NCBI GenBank assembly: GCA_964200185.2
Contig: CAXNAD020000055.1
Coordinates: 1-34,144 of the forward strand
From: Choristocarpus tenellus KU-1152
Lineage: Eukaryota > Protista > Phaeophyceae
Length of the DNA stretch: 34,144 nucleotides
Reading direction: 5' to 3'
Made by a program: the position numbers and the translations under genes. Each line of letters begins with the position of its first letter. Position 1 is the first letter of the stretch. This document shows positions 12,701 to 27,700 of this stretch, piece after piece. Under the pieces are notes generated by a model. That model did no database searches, was not told the origin of the DNA, and saw nothing but the letters and a program-made list of their open reading frames with translations.

Positions 12701-15700
12701 CCTTGCCCATGAGTTGACAGCAATCTCCATGGCACTAGCCGCAACCTTCAAGGATTGACGACCACATCCCACAGCCTGATATAGCTCCGCACGACAGAGC
12801 AGCGCCTACAAACGTGTGAACAAATAGTATATCATTGACAAGTTGATCAATAATGTTTCAAGCATTGTAATCACATCCAATATTTGATATTTTTATAGTT
12901 GAAAAAAGAATCAATCAATCAGACTTAGGATAAATGTGTCTAACATTGAAAAACAAACGAGGAAGACAACTCAACTATCAAAAAAAAAAAACAGCACCCA
13001 ACTTTGAAGACTTGAAACACTCTCATTCATTCCAAAGACCACACATTGAGGAAGCACAGGAATGGCAACACAGGCACAATTATTAAGCGCGAAACACCAA
13101 GGCTTACCTCGAGGAGGGCCGCCTGTTGTGCTCTCGCTGCATCACGAAATACGGCCACATTTGGCCTACTCGATGTATCCTCTAGAGGCCAACCTATCAT
13201 TGCACATCTCATGTCCTCTAATCCTCGTGCTAGCTTGTCAAAGGAACCTTTGGCATTATCCCTAACTTCACTTGTCGTATTCAGACCTACGTCAGTACTC
13301 TTGCAGGCGGTATATGGGAAGACCAACAGAGCTTTGTGAAGTACTCGGGAGGAATCCATCGAAGCAGCTTCACTCCCAGGTCCATGGATTGATAGCACTG
13401 GTGAAGACGTATGTCTGGCCTTATGTTGCGTTGTAGACGCCAATAGCCGCAAGCCCAGTCTCATTGTCTCTACAGCCTCACATATTCCAGTGGTAACATC
13501 TAAGTAGGACCAGAACACCTCACGAAGGCGAGTCACAAAGGATCCCGCAGCAGCTTGCCACACTCTCTCCTTCTGAACAGCCTGACCAACGGCATGTGTA
13601 GATTCGCTTGTACCAACCGGTTCCACATTGAACGAGGTATAATTGAACTCTTTGTCTGGTGTCTTCTCCACGATCAGCCCTACTAGGGTTGCAAGCTCCT
13701 GAGTAAGGCCTACAATACGATCTGGAGAACCAATTCCAGTTCCAAAAGAGTGCAGCTCTTGGAAAAGTGATAAGAACGAGGGTCGGTTTATTGGGCGCTC
13801 AATTGCTTCACGCTCCAGCTTGATGGACGTGCCTTTTAGTTCATGAGCAGTTCCTAGCAAAGCATCCACCTCATGGTAGTAGAAGAGAGATGCAAAAACA
13901 TGGAAGAAGGCAATGTTCAGAGACACGATTAATACTCCTGGGAAGAATGAATGGCTTCGGCGCACGTATCGTGGTTGTCCTGCGTGCCTTTACATTTATG
14001 CCTATCACATCATAGTTGAGAGAAGAAAAAGAAATAATGTACCGATTAAGACAATAGACAACATCCTCCTTATAATATACAGTTTGTCACCCCTATAGCG
14101 ACACCTCAACAATAGTATCAAGTACCTAAACTATCATGTTCCACAACACTTGAGTTCCATCACGCAGTGAGTCCACTCCTAGCAAGAAATTCAAGATCAT
14201 GGTTGACCTCTCTGGAAAACGACACATTCAAGAGTCGAGTTGACCTGCGAGTACTGTTGCAAAGCTGCGAACCGACGAAAGGGAACGGAAAGAACTGCGA
14301 CACTGCAAATAATTGCAACCCGCAAAACCCCAATGTGGTGACGTGTTTGCTTCCACTACTACTTACTTGGCCAGTTACAATTCAAGTTCTACCCCCATCT
14401 ACTTCAAGGAGTAACAAAGCTCACCTCAGGACTGGTATCTCCTCTTCCTTCAAGTCTCAGCGCCCACCTACGTGCGGTTAAGTCTAACTTTGCATCCCGA
14501 AGCCGCCTTTCCACCAGGTTCTTCCTCAGAGCTGGCCTCAATCCCGGATCAACAGGTGACATTGGCACAAGCAGATTCATCCTTAAGCAGCCCAACAGTG
14601 CCAGCCCCATCCCTAAAGGAGCACCCACATCCCTTTGCATTCCCTTTGAAAACAACATTGACGCCTTGTGGAGAACAAGAACTGATGGAACAAGAAGTGT
14701 ATTGACATTTTCCTTCAAGTAAGCATTATCACAGATCTCTGAGCCACTCCGAACAGCTTGCTCAAGTTCTCTTGATGTACAGGACATATATTCCCCATTG
14801 CTTAGATCATTCAGATGCTGAAGAGCGTTCAAAAACGCCAATTTCCTCTTAGGCCCTTCCAGCTGCTGAACATCATCCTTGATCTCATGGGCACTAGAAA
14901 TTAAGTCAACATCTTGGACTTCTCTGCCTGCACGTTTTGCAATGTGGGAAGTGCTCAGTATCTTTTCTAGTCCACCCCAAGCCAACGTGAGCAACCCATG
15001 AAGAACACCCCCCTGTTGGTATGACCAGCGTCTCAGCATTCTCATCCCCACCTGAAACTGCTTTCTTCGAGCTTCAGCATTCATCAAAGTCATCAAGCCC
15101 CCCCTTTCTCCAGTAAGACGAAAAAGCTTTGGATCACCTCCAAATGAATGGAAGGAACAAAGACCAAGGATGAAAGATGTTCGAACACACGAGAGCAGAT
15201 GACTAGGACCTTCCACATTGCGATCCGCTCCACACACCACGGCGCCTTCAACATTTATGGGTATGATCGGAGGAGGGGCAAGTTCCGCCGAGAGGAATTC
15301 CAAGGAACTGTACAAATTGATCCAAAGGCGTTTACCCCAACCATCAATCATGACTGGCAACAGTTTTCTCAAGAGTTGCACAAGCAGTAACCTCCAAAGT
15401 TTAGTGCCCTTTGAACAAGCTGCACCATCCTGGTGGTACTTTCTGTCAACAAGGTCAACTCCACACTCAAAATTTTCAGAACCATCACCAGACCAATCCT
15501 CCCTTTTCCATGCATCCCAGGCCCAGAGGAGTGTTTGGTATGGCCGCGCAGTGGAAGGGGGTAAAGAGAGTATTGACAGCATTGCTGATCGAAGCTTCTC
15601 AACACGTTCCATGACAACCCCCACTTGACATGCCGTTCTATCCACATTCCCGCATTCTGTTTCCCTCTCTCCCTCCACCTTCAATGACGAACCTACTAAA

Positions 15701-18700
15701 GAGTCTTGACGTGATAGTGTACCCTCCAATACTGTCAACGCAGCAAGAACGTGGCACTCTTCAGTTGCTAGCCAATGTTCTGCGATAGGAGAAAGTTGAA
15801 GCTTTCCCCACCGGTGCATCACATTAGGGACCCTTGCAAAACCCTCAACAACACGTTCACTGCACCCGCCAACATCCTTACCCTCAACCAATACCAGCAA
15901 TGATGCTCCAGCAATGGCCTTAGCAGCCTCTGTCTCAAAATAATCGAACTTGTCACTGCCATCATTGATGTTGTCGTCAACCCCAGTAATGGGATTCTCA
16001 TCTCCCTCGACTGTACCTAGTCGTACAGAGCGGTATTTATCCTGAAAAAGTGACCTTGCAGAGCCCAGTGATTCTTCCACAGCCCTAGGTACCGTATCAA
16101 GAATTGATGTGTTTCCAGCATCGGATGTACCTACATCAATATTACCATCCCTTCTAGTTCCTCTCTCACTGGTAGCTGCATATTGTACTGTACACAGTGC
16201 GCAGAGTACATCCTTCCGTTCTTCTACACCCACAAAAAGTGAAGGGTGTACTTTCCTCAACATGGACCCCAGCATACACTTAGGGAAACCCTCACTAACA
16301 TCAGTTCTCCCCATTGTAGGAAAACTAGAAATACCAAAAGACTCCGATATCTGTTGAACTTTCCTAATAGCTACCCAGCCTTCACAAAGCCACGGTACAG
16401 CGGCACGTACCCCAAACTCCCAATGCATACTATGACCTTGAGGCACACGACCTGTCTGTTTTGCTATTGCAGATCTAACACGAGCACAGATGGCATGAAG
16501 TGTCTTGAGAGGCTCAACAGACACAGCCCCAAGGGCTCCAGTCAAAAAATTCTCCAGAGATTCTAAAGCATCTTCATATAAACCCCATCCAACGAAAAAC
16601 AAATCCCAAGGAAAAACTGCGACCGACGTAACCTCCTTACCCATCACGGTCAGAGAACCAGCACCCCCCTGTAAAATTTGGAGCAAATCATCCCTCGCTT
16701 TCATTAACACATCGATAGCCAAAACAAATGTCTTGTTATTGACATGTCGGTCAACATTCATACACACAATATCCTCAGCCATCTCCTCAGAAACAAAGCA
16801 CCCAACCAGTTTGTCCGTACTAGCAAGAAGGGGTAAAAGGTAACGTACAAGATGCTGCCTGGCCACCGACGTCTCTGGAGACAAATATCTCCCTGATTTT
16901 TCAAGATCTACATTACCATGCACAGCAAAGTACGACAGACCAACCCAACCCAAGCCCTCCTCATTTGAAGTACATCCATTTCTCACTCTCGCCTGCGCTC
17001 GTTTTTTGGTTATCTCCTCCCAAGCAATCAGTGGAAGACGGCGCCCTACGGTGATAGTGTGGTAGTCTAACAAGAAGCAGGCCATCGCCCAGGTATATGG
17101 GTGCCGACACGTCAACATGTTCTTAACACGCAAAGTTAGACCAACATTGGTTCTTGGGTCCTGATCAAAAGACTTAGAAAATGCATCAACCACCAGCTTC
17201 TCCACAGATGAACCCATCAGAGAAGGAGACGTGTCAAACAGATTCTCGAGCAGACGTTGTGCAATCCCAAGTGATGTAGAATTCTTCACAGCCTTTGCCA
17301 TCACTTCCTGTATGGATCCTGAGCATGCATCCATGCCAGACATCACTGGCACAAATTCGTCTTCTCTACCTGTTCTTGTCCGTACAAGACGCCTCACTAC
17401 CTCCGCTGCCGCAAAAGGAACAAGACTCTCCAAAATATTATCAGCATCGTAAACATATCCTGACAGGCAAGTACTCGACTTCACCTCCCATGGTTGCAGG
17501 AAGAACTGGGCATCATCATGCTTCCTCTGCAATGGGCAAAGCGAATTCGAGTCCGACTTCATGGACTGAATCCCCACCTCCCCTAGGACCATCGAAAACA
17601 AAGGCATTGTGGCATTACTAGCACCACTGCCTTCATTTTTTGCCATTATTGCAAGCAACACCAGCCCCAGCACTCGCGAATCCCTTCTAGCTTGAACCAC
17701 TGTGGAATTCTGTAGCATCTCCTTCCAGCTAGGCTCGACCAGATTCATTAGAAGGCCATTTTCAATCCATGCACAAAATCTAGGTCCCTCATTTTCCCGT
17801 TTGTAACTAACCCAACGATTTATTACATCTAGAGAGGAAACAACCTCATCACCCCGGGTCAATGGATATGACAATAAGAGAGTCTTGGTTAATGATTCTC
17901 CGCCAAGAACTTCAAAACCATTCCGTGAACACCAGATGTCTACTAGTTCACACCATCGCATTAAGGCTCGTGGCAAAACAGAGTTTACCCCATTGCCGTC
18001 TCCATGCCCTTGATAACCATACTGCAGCGCCATTCCCGAATGTGCTAATAAGACCACCACAGCAACCTCAACACCACAAACCCCCTTTGAAAATAAAATA
18101 CCAAGTAGATCAGCCACATTATCTGACCTAGGTTGTGAACTCAGTCTAAACCCAGATGTTTCAGTATCCATACTGTCGGGGTCATCTGGCGAGACCTTCC
18201 CACAAGTCTGAGGTGGAAGACTGACAGCATTGGTGCCGAGAAGGGAAATCTCCACGCAACGGTTCCTCATTGCCCTTGAGACCTCACCACAAGCCGGATT
18301 GGATGTAAGGAACAGTCGAAAGTTTGGGTGAGGTTTAATGATCCGTGCACCGCCTTTCCTGAACTCTGGTACCAAACTGTTATCACAAATTTTCCCACCA
18401 CAATCAGGATGTTTTGTTGGGTGAACCAACTCAGTAGCGGTAGACGATCCACCACATTCTGTGAGAACTAGCTCACCACCCAACTCCAGGAGGGGGTTCA
18501 AACGATCCAGTACACTGTATAATTTGGAGCAGAAACGTGCAATGTATATGAGAGTAATAACATACTCCTAAAAACAATTTTAACACAAGTTGCTCATATT
18601 GAACAGTATCGATAATTCTTAAGAATTACTATAAAGCGGCCCTCACCTGGATGAACAGAGATTAGCACCATCAAGTAACAGCCACTCCCCCCTTTCCAAC

Positions 18701-21700
18701 GCATTTACCAGTACTCCATCACACCACTGAAATGACGGTGACGACCTGCCCACTCCATGTCCCACATCAAAAGCAGATGAGCGGACAGCTGATGCCAACA
18801 ACCTCACATTGTGAACGCACCATTCCAGATTTAAAAGCTTGTTCTTGCGTGTACCATCTGCTTCACTGCTGGTGCCACGGTGTAAGTCTTTAAGGAATAC
18901 TGTCGCTGATTCAAGGGCACCTAAGAGCACCTCCACGGTCACAATTCCCTGGATCAGGGAACAACAGCACAGAAGTGGAATCACTAAAAGAAACCTGATT
19001 CATGCAAGTGAGAAATTCCTTCTAGCAGTCTGAGTGTTCCCGAAACAAATACGGGTTGAAAGTAATGATTGGGCAATCATACACAAGAAAATGTACACTA
19101 GATGTGGCTTAACATGTGCGGGTGCACATAAAGCAAACACATGCTGAGAAATGGATATTCTTGACATGTAATTTACACACCTTTACATCAAACCCGGACG
19201 TAGCTGAACATCCAATGCCTGCATCATGAGAGAGTGGAGAAATGTAGGATCTCCTGACAGCCTCCCACGCATCCCATGCACATCTCGTGAGTTGGGATGT
19301 TCTCACCTGCAACACCCAAAAAAACACAAGAGCAGATCATAGTGGGTCACAACATCTCATCACAATCATTACTATATCCCAATGACTTCAATATCACCAG
19401 AGAATGGATGTCAGAACATACAACTCAAAATAGAGGTTGCAATCCCATCTCAGTTAAACTGTGTTACTGTAACCTGTCTTATGCGCACATTGCTACTAAC
19501 AGAGAGTAAGGAAAAGTTTTCTTGACGATTTATCATCTTGCCACAAAATACGGTTTAAAGTTAGTTGAATATTAGGAGGGCTTACCTTTCTCTCTGCTTC
19601 AACAGCATTAGCAGGGACGCTCTCAGGAGACATCAAAAATAGACACACTTGCTCTGTTACTCCCTGGAGTTTTTGTCGCAACTCAGCATGCCTTGATCTG
19701 GAATCTACCTGTTGTATGATTATAAAAATTGACGCCACTTCAGAGTGTATGATGTTGGGATTCACAGAATCATCAGAAAGTCAAACAAAATTTTGGTCTT
19801 CCAGTATGACCATCAACATTCTATAGCAAACATGCTAGTCCAACAAGAATTCAAGCAAATGTAAGCATGACATCAAAGATCATGTCCATCATGACGACAA
19901 CTTTTCAGCTGCGTGACACGAACGTGTAAAAATGACATGCTCGCCCTCCTCAACAACAGTTTCACCCACACCTTTGCAGGAGTAAAGTTTACAAGTTTTG
20001 AAAAGGGATCGATTGAATTTTCCCTGGGTTTGACAACCACCAGGCCACGGGAAAAAGACCACGGCGGATAACACACCTGGGTGTCTGAGGCATAACACAA
20101 GAATCTCTACTTCGCCACCCATAACAACACATGTTAGAAAAAAATGAGGGGTTAAGGAGGTAACTGCAATTGCCTAATAGGGTAGGTAACACTTAAGTTT
20201 TTTGTGCAGCACAATATTATAAGCAACGAACTTTTCGAATTTCCAACGATCACAAGAGAAAGAACCAAAGGTTTTACAGGATGAGCAACTCTCGACATAA
20301 AAAGAGCACCTTAATCCTTTGTAAGGATTCTCACATAATGTTCATAAAAAAAAATTATCCAGAAGGAAAAACCCGGTCTTCTTTTGCACACTCTTATTCA
20401 CAGCAGAAATTAGTCTCCTTGTTCTTAACTCAACGGGATTTAGTCCTGTAAAATAATTACACCAATTACTGATAATGCATATTCTATGGCTGGGCTGTTT
20501 AGGAATATATCTATTACAGAAGTCAGAACCAGTCCTATTAATCCCATAAACAAGAATGAACCCAATCCTGTTAAATCCTTACCAGTGGAATAGCCGTATA
20601 GACTCATACCGCCAAACATAGCAGAGCATACAAAGAAAGTTCTAGCTATTGACGCTCCTGTATAAATTATACCCTAGTGCTGCCATTCTCAAAATTCACC
20701 CCCAAGTACATGCACCAGCCCAATGAGAAGTATTTGAAATTTTTCAAATCATTACGAACGAAATAGTAGCCACATGCCCATCTTGGGTGAAGTGTTAGTC
20801 TCTAGAGACTTGGAAATGACTAGAAGGAACACAAAAATTACACTTAAAATCATCCTGACCTCTACTGAGGTGTTGAGTTGATCATGTGCCAGATTCAACA
20901 TGATGGGTGAACTTAGCACTTTCATCTAAAACAAGAGGGAATGGTGATGAGCCTACATCGACCGTGGCGCAAGTTCCTTCAAATTATCAATTCATGCAAC
21001 ACAATGGATTTACATCTGCAAGTCACAAATATCTTACCTGCTCATAGCATCCAAGCAGCTCCGAAATGTCAGTGGCAGGTGACAGGGCGACCTCTCGCAA
21101 CACAGCCCCAACTCCTGTTGCCAATGATCGGACCAGTGATGTCTTCCCTGTACCACGGTGACCAACAATAAGACTTGGCCACCCCATATTAACACACCTG
21201 AAAGATAGGGTGAGGATGAGACTTTAACTTGCAACGAATCACCAAGTCCACACCTCATCTCTAAAGATCCATGTTTCTATTCTCAAGTTATATCATCTTG
21301 CTCAGCACAGCTCGGAAGACAATTAGCAATAGTTCGCACCAATAGTTCAAAAGCACACTGAACAAGACAACCCCATCGAATAGTTCAACAATAAACACCA
21401 ACATATTACCACTCAAAGTCACAGAAGAGCAAATCCCAGGTACAGTGTGTAACAAGGTCGACTTCCGCAAATGGCATGCGCTTTTTCCATTCACATCCTC
21501 GTAAGCTCTACTCTTATAGGCAAACAAACAAGAGATTTGGATGCTTTGATTGCACCAGCATTGATTGGTACCTCAGGCAGTCTGTCCAAATCAATAGGCA
21601 TTAGCCTCACTAGAACTTGATTAACCCACACAAGAGACCAGGTCAATGAACTGTGCCCATTCACCTTTTAAGGCACAGTCCAGGCATCACTGGCCATGTC

Positions 21701-24700
21701 GTAGGTCATCACCGACCCTGCTACCTTGGAAGATCTCCACCTGTCCTTGCTTAGTATCATCCTTACAAAGGAACCTCTCGTCGGCAGCACAAACACCCTA
21801 AAGTTTTATGCTTGCCAAAAAATAACACAGCAACAACACCAGCAACAACTTGACTGACCCCAGAGAGCAGAGTAGTCATTACAACCATTCAAGTTTCACA
21901 CCCTACTTGTATCAGGTATAATATTACGCCACAGTCAAATTTCTTACATATAACTGATCAAAGTCAAGACCAATGTAAGAAATTCAATGTGGCGTTATAG
22001 TACACACACTTCAACCACAGCTCAATATGTGAAAGGCACCACTAGCATACCCTTGACATTCTCAGCTGACAGCAGAAGCCCATCGTACTCACTACAATCA
22101 TTGTAACGAAAATGTGACCAACACACCACATACATCCCCAAAAGTAAACAAATTGGCATATTATATCAGTGCGTTCATTGTATCGTGTGATACTCAAAAA
22201 GACTAGAGACATGATAAGTTGCCAAAGAAAATATTTTTTTACCAACCTTGCAAGCGCCAGTAGCGGCCTCCTCAGGCCAACAGGAATGCGCATATTCCGA
22301 TCCAGTCCTCCACATTTCCCGTCCAACTCGTATCCAACAATTGGCATATTATAACCAGCAAATCCATGGCCCATAATCCAAGTTCCACGAGGCACCAGAA
22401 CCTCCCCAATCTGGATGTAGGTTGGGGTTACCCTTAGCTCTGGATTTGAGCACACCATTTCGGAGCAACTGCTGCCGGTCGCCTCTAGTGCAGAGGGCTC
22501 AAAACCGCAACCCTTATTAGAGGGTGTATTAGGAAATACTTCAAAAAATCTTGCTTGGACAGCTTCTCTATCTGACAGAGTCCGCATTCGCTGTACGTAA
22601 AGTGTGTCCAATGACCTCCTAGGTTCCCATCCTACTCCACCATTGGAGCCATTCGATCCTTCTACATTAACTCCTCTATCGTTTACACTTGAACGCATCG
22701 ATAATGTCAACGGAGAATTAGTACAATCAGGAACTCCCTGCTCACGAAGAATGAGAAGGCACCAGCGAAACACATCGCGCAGGTTGAACTCCCATGCCCC
22801 CCCTTTCTGTCCATACAAGCATTTTTCTGATGTATCTTCCTGAACCAGGCTATAAAATAATCAACGATGAGCATAACAAAAAACGAGGTGGAACTGTGTG
22901 AAGATGATAATATAAGTTATTGTATGAAACCCCGTGTTCAGCATAACACGTCTCCCTATGTAAAGGAGCATAGAACAAAATATGCTAGCATAATTCACAT
23001 ACTCAGGGCCATCAATGAAAGAGTAAAAGCAGTGTGTTACTCAGCTTGAATTGCATCCTTAAGACAAGTTTAATAAAAATGCAAGAAAACAATAGGAAGG
23101 AACCATGTCAAATCAACTCAACAACGGCATGTTACCATAAAAATGGAAGTTGATCAACCAGGCTCTGTTTCACCTGTTGAAACGAATCATTTTGGCCAAT
23201 AGTGAATTCTGCTTCTCATTCTGGGATGCTTCCTTGATTGCTTCACTTGTAGAACATTTTCCGGACGGAACATGCACTGCAGCCAGTTGGGGAAACTTGG
23301 CTTCAGCAATGTGTAGCAAATCCTCCGGGGTTAGAGCATCCACAAATACCTTATCACAAAAGGCAACAAAATATTGATCAAATGAATGAAAATTAATAAA
23401 CATCGAACTAAACACAATGTTAAGGACCTGTTCTCCATATTGATCGCATCTCTTCCTCCCAACAATAAAGTGAGTCAACGAATTTGGGTTCAAAATCCAT
23501 ATATGCTGTACAAGTGGGGTACCAGAATAAAATTTGCCACAACCCCATTTGTATTGTTCTTACCTTTGTGAATCGACTTAGAAATGACTTTGGAAGACCT
23601 TTCCTCCCCCCACCCTGACCCAAGGGGTTCTGTGCAGCGAATACTTTGAATGTTGGTGGGCAACGGAACGACTGTCCCAACTCCGGAATGTAGACTTCCT
23701 CACGATGATCCAGGCAAGAGTTTAATCCCTCCAGCACATTCTGGGCCATGAGACAATATTCAACGCAGACAGGGTAAACATTCAAAAAAACTATGTCCTG
23801 ATCGGTATACAACGAAAGAATATATCCTTTAGGCACGAATGTGATCTAAACAAAACAAAATATTACCGTCCGGACGAAACAGAGAATAGAGACAATCCGT
23901 AAGGATAATGAAATCGACTAACTCAAATAATTGTGTATTACCTGACTAGCGAGGTTTAGCTCATCAAGCAGCACCCAGCTTCCTTTCTTCAGGGCTTTCA
24001 GAAACATACCATCACACCAAGCAAACCGTGCCCCTCCACTTTCCCCACCACCACTCTCATCTCCACGCCCTCTCCCCTTCATGCCCTCAAAGAATTCCTC
24101 TTTGTCTGGTACTGGCAGATCAGAACCGAAAAGGTCTGAAACATCCGTTTGTTCCGATAGGTTGATACGAACAAGCTGTGAAGAATCCAAACGAGGAAAG
24201 ACCGACAACAATGACAAAAGTTATACCATGGAAAGACCAATGCTACAGGATTGCATGCCATGACACGTAAGAAATTACAAATCACACAAAAAAAACAATA
24301 CATGAACATATTTTCTCCTTAAACACAGCACCCTTATGGTAGTCACCTTCCTGAATCAAGAAGTCAACAGTGCCTACTTCAGTTATCACCGTTCACCTCA
24401 TGGCCAGAGGTCCTTGCTAACGCCTCAATCAAGCTTGTCTTTCCCACCCCAGGACTGCCCTCCAACAAAACAGCCTTCCTGAGCTGCAATGCTCGGAGAA
24501 CTCTCACTGCATTCAATCCTGTCGTTGCTGCTCCAAGAGAGAACCCAATGTCCTGGGTCCCGACATCTGGAAGAGGACGACCACCACATGGGGTCCAAAA
24601 GTCTCCTGAACCAAACAATGCTTGGGGGGCAACATGGTCTTCAACTGACAGTGGCTGTGATGCGGTGTGATAGCGAACACCAAATCGTAGAGACTTGCAC

Positions 24701-27700
24701 TTTGGGAAAAGATGTGTAGTCGCCCTGGAACGTTCCAGGCCTTCTGGCACCTGTTACATATGGAATTATCATTTGGGCTCACACTCAGTTGATGTGTACT
24801 TACGAGTTCTAAAACAGGTCAACCAAGTATATGACAAATATTGGAGAGAATGTAACTCAATGCACTGAAAACAGGTACCATACACAGAACCCAGAAAGGT
24901 GGGCATTTGGCTTGTGCAACTGATGCACAAAACCTAATGACCAATGAGCATATAATCCAAAATACTTGCCAAAATGTAAGTATCACTACCAATGGCCAAA
25001 CGTTTTCAATAACTCTCTCTTGCATTGATACAGCACGAGGCTTACAAAATATGCATCTCCCCGATTTGTCTTACCTGCTCGAGAAGCACCTTACATGCAA
25101 CTTCTTTGAACTTTGAAACGTCGCCAGGAGACAAGCCCGCACCAAGGCCCAGTCCATCTAGCACAATCAACGAAGCCCCATGCACATAGGCAGCCCATGC
25201 ACCCAAACCCTGCGAACTCTCTGCTACTGACTGAGGATTCTCTGCCACACCTCTTGCCATATTACCACTTTGGCCACATACGTTTGAAATAAAGTGTGCC
25301 CACCCCAACAAATCTCGAATTGAAAGTGTCAGACCATGTCCACCAGCATACAATGTTGAGACCTGATAAGCACAAGCAAAGGGTGATTGGAAAGTATGGT
25401 ATTCTACCTCAGGTATCAGGCAGTTGGTAGTTCACAATGTTTGTGATTGTACAGTATACTAACACCTTAAATGTTGATGCCAATCGAAGTTGTTTGTGCA
25501 GAAAGAACACTTCAGGATATTTCGATATATACCATGGATTATATTGGTATACTCCTGCTCTTCAACATAAATAAACCATTTTTTTATTGTTAGAAAGGAA
25601 AATGGAAAACGTCATCCTGCAACTCTTTTGTTTATTCTCAATCGAACATTACTCCAATTAATATGAGGCATGTTTCAACAATGATTGTACCCAAAAATAA
25701 AACAGCATAAATTTCGAAGCAGGCAGGCACATGTCTATCAGGTATTACATTTACCTCTCGGTTAAACCACCATGCGAAGTCAAGCATGGCCTCCGCCAAC
25801 CACTGTAGACCACCTGAGTTGACCTCCTTTAGTGCTTTGATAACAACACCCTCCATGTCAGCCCTGTCGAACAGTCCAGGAACCCATACCTAAAGATTGA
25901 TATTTATTAAGATATGTATTATTAGTCCATTATATCAATGTAGCCATGAGAATAAGAGCATCCAAGTTGATATTGATGGATGTAATGAAATCATGTTCAA
26001 CCAATGTAATGTGCTAACTCATACCATTGCTACTATTGTACATAAAAAAGGGGTGATATGTACTGACATGTATAGATCTGTGGTATTGATCTGGACAAGT
26101 GTGATGAACCTCACCTCAGTAAATCTTGAGCGAAGAGCAGGAGATAGCTCCCTCTTGCCAAAGTCTCCACCAGGGTTCATGGTGGCCATAACTCTTAACA
26201 AAGAAGGATCATCCAGTGACATAAACGTTTTTCAAGAAAGAAATGTTAGATAAATTACAATCGCAAGCGGTGAAGTATTAAAAAAATCAATGTTTAAATG
26301 ATCCTGCATTCTAAATGTCTATAGAAACAGTGTAGAAGGATCATTGAGATCCAGGGTAACAAAACACATTCTAACAGACCCCAAGATATTTCAAAGGCAC
26401 TATTGCAGAAAGAGTGACAATTTTTGGTGTCTAATACACACTGGAAAAACCACTCAACAAAACTGTGTAAAAGAACCTCCTACCAATGACAAGTATCAAC
26501 CATTGACATGCCTGAATCCAGGAGCAGCCACCACTGTTTCTGCTATGCCTTCGCTTTCTCCACCTCCCTTCTCTGCCAACGTAATTGATCTTCCTGATTC
26601 CAGGACAGAGTTCAGCCTTTCTAGCACAGCATCCTCTGCCAAAGACAGTTCATCAAGTAGCAGTAGTTCCCCTCTGCGCATTGCTGTCACCAATGGTCCA
26701 TCTGCCCACTCGAACAGGCCTTGACACCTTCTACCAAGTGCTTGAAGTGACACCAACTCCTCCTCCAGCTTGTCCTTAAGACCTTGACAGTTTGCATTGT
26801 GCATACTCTCGCCACAACTGCTACCAATCACAGCACCGGCTTGACCTTTTGAAGAGTTCGACTCTTCCTGGTCACTACTATCTTTATTCGTGGAACTGGT
26901 TTTGACTGCTCCACTAAAATGTTTTCGTCGTCTCTTGGAGTTACCCCTTTGCTTTCTCTTCTGCTCATCATGCCCAATATCCTTCTCATCAACCACCTGA
27001 TCCACAGAAAGACACTGCTCTTGGGCATCTTCACACCTCGTAGACATGTCCCGTTCTTCACCCCCGTTAAGTCTTATTCTCTTTGCACTGAGGTTAGGGG
27101 CAGATTCACCTACTGGCTGAGCTCCATCTCCACAATTGTGGACCAAGATTGTGTGCTGTGTCTGTAGTTTCAACAAGGCAGACTGCGCCTTTGACCAGGC
27201 AGCCTTTCTTTGTAGATTCGATGTCATGGTAATTTCCAAAGGGGCAAAAGAGGCAAGTGAGTCGTCGAGAAATGGTTCTTCTGTTACACACATCAGGAAA
27301 ATGTGTTGCAATGGTCAAGTGGATCACACAAATCCATAATGGAAGTACATCTCCTGTTACACACAACCATGTGTGTTGCGGTGGTGAAGATGGATAACAT
27401 AAATCCACATATGCTTGATGATCCCCGTGACTTCCTTGCACATTTGGATTGCAAGTTAGTATGTAGAACCTAGTCCAAGGTCTGGGACACAGGAAACTCG
27501 ACGCCATCAACCTCCATAAGAAGGGAGGCAGTCAAGCAGCACAAGACCTAACTATAACCTAGATCCTGAAAATCTTTCTAGCATTCGTGACGTTGTCGTT
27601 GACCGCTCAAGGCCATGAGAGGACCAAGGCAGAGATACCGATTTGCATCAGAGTGGGTAATCGCATTCAAGGAAACATGGAACACATTTGAATATGTATT

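Noticed and set aside
21570-21718. C-box-like motifs and an ACTGTGCC/GGCACAGT hairpin
   Set aside because: Box D and guide are ambiguous; insufficient evidence.
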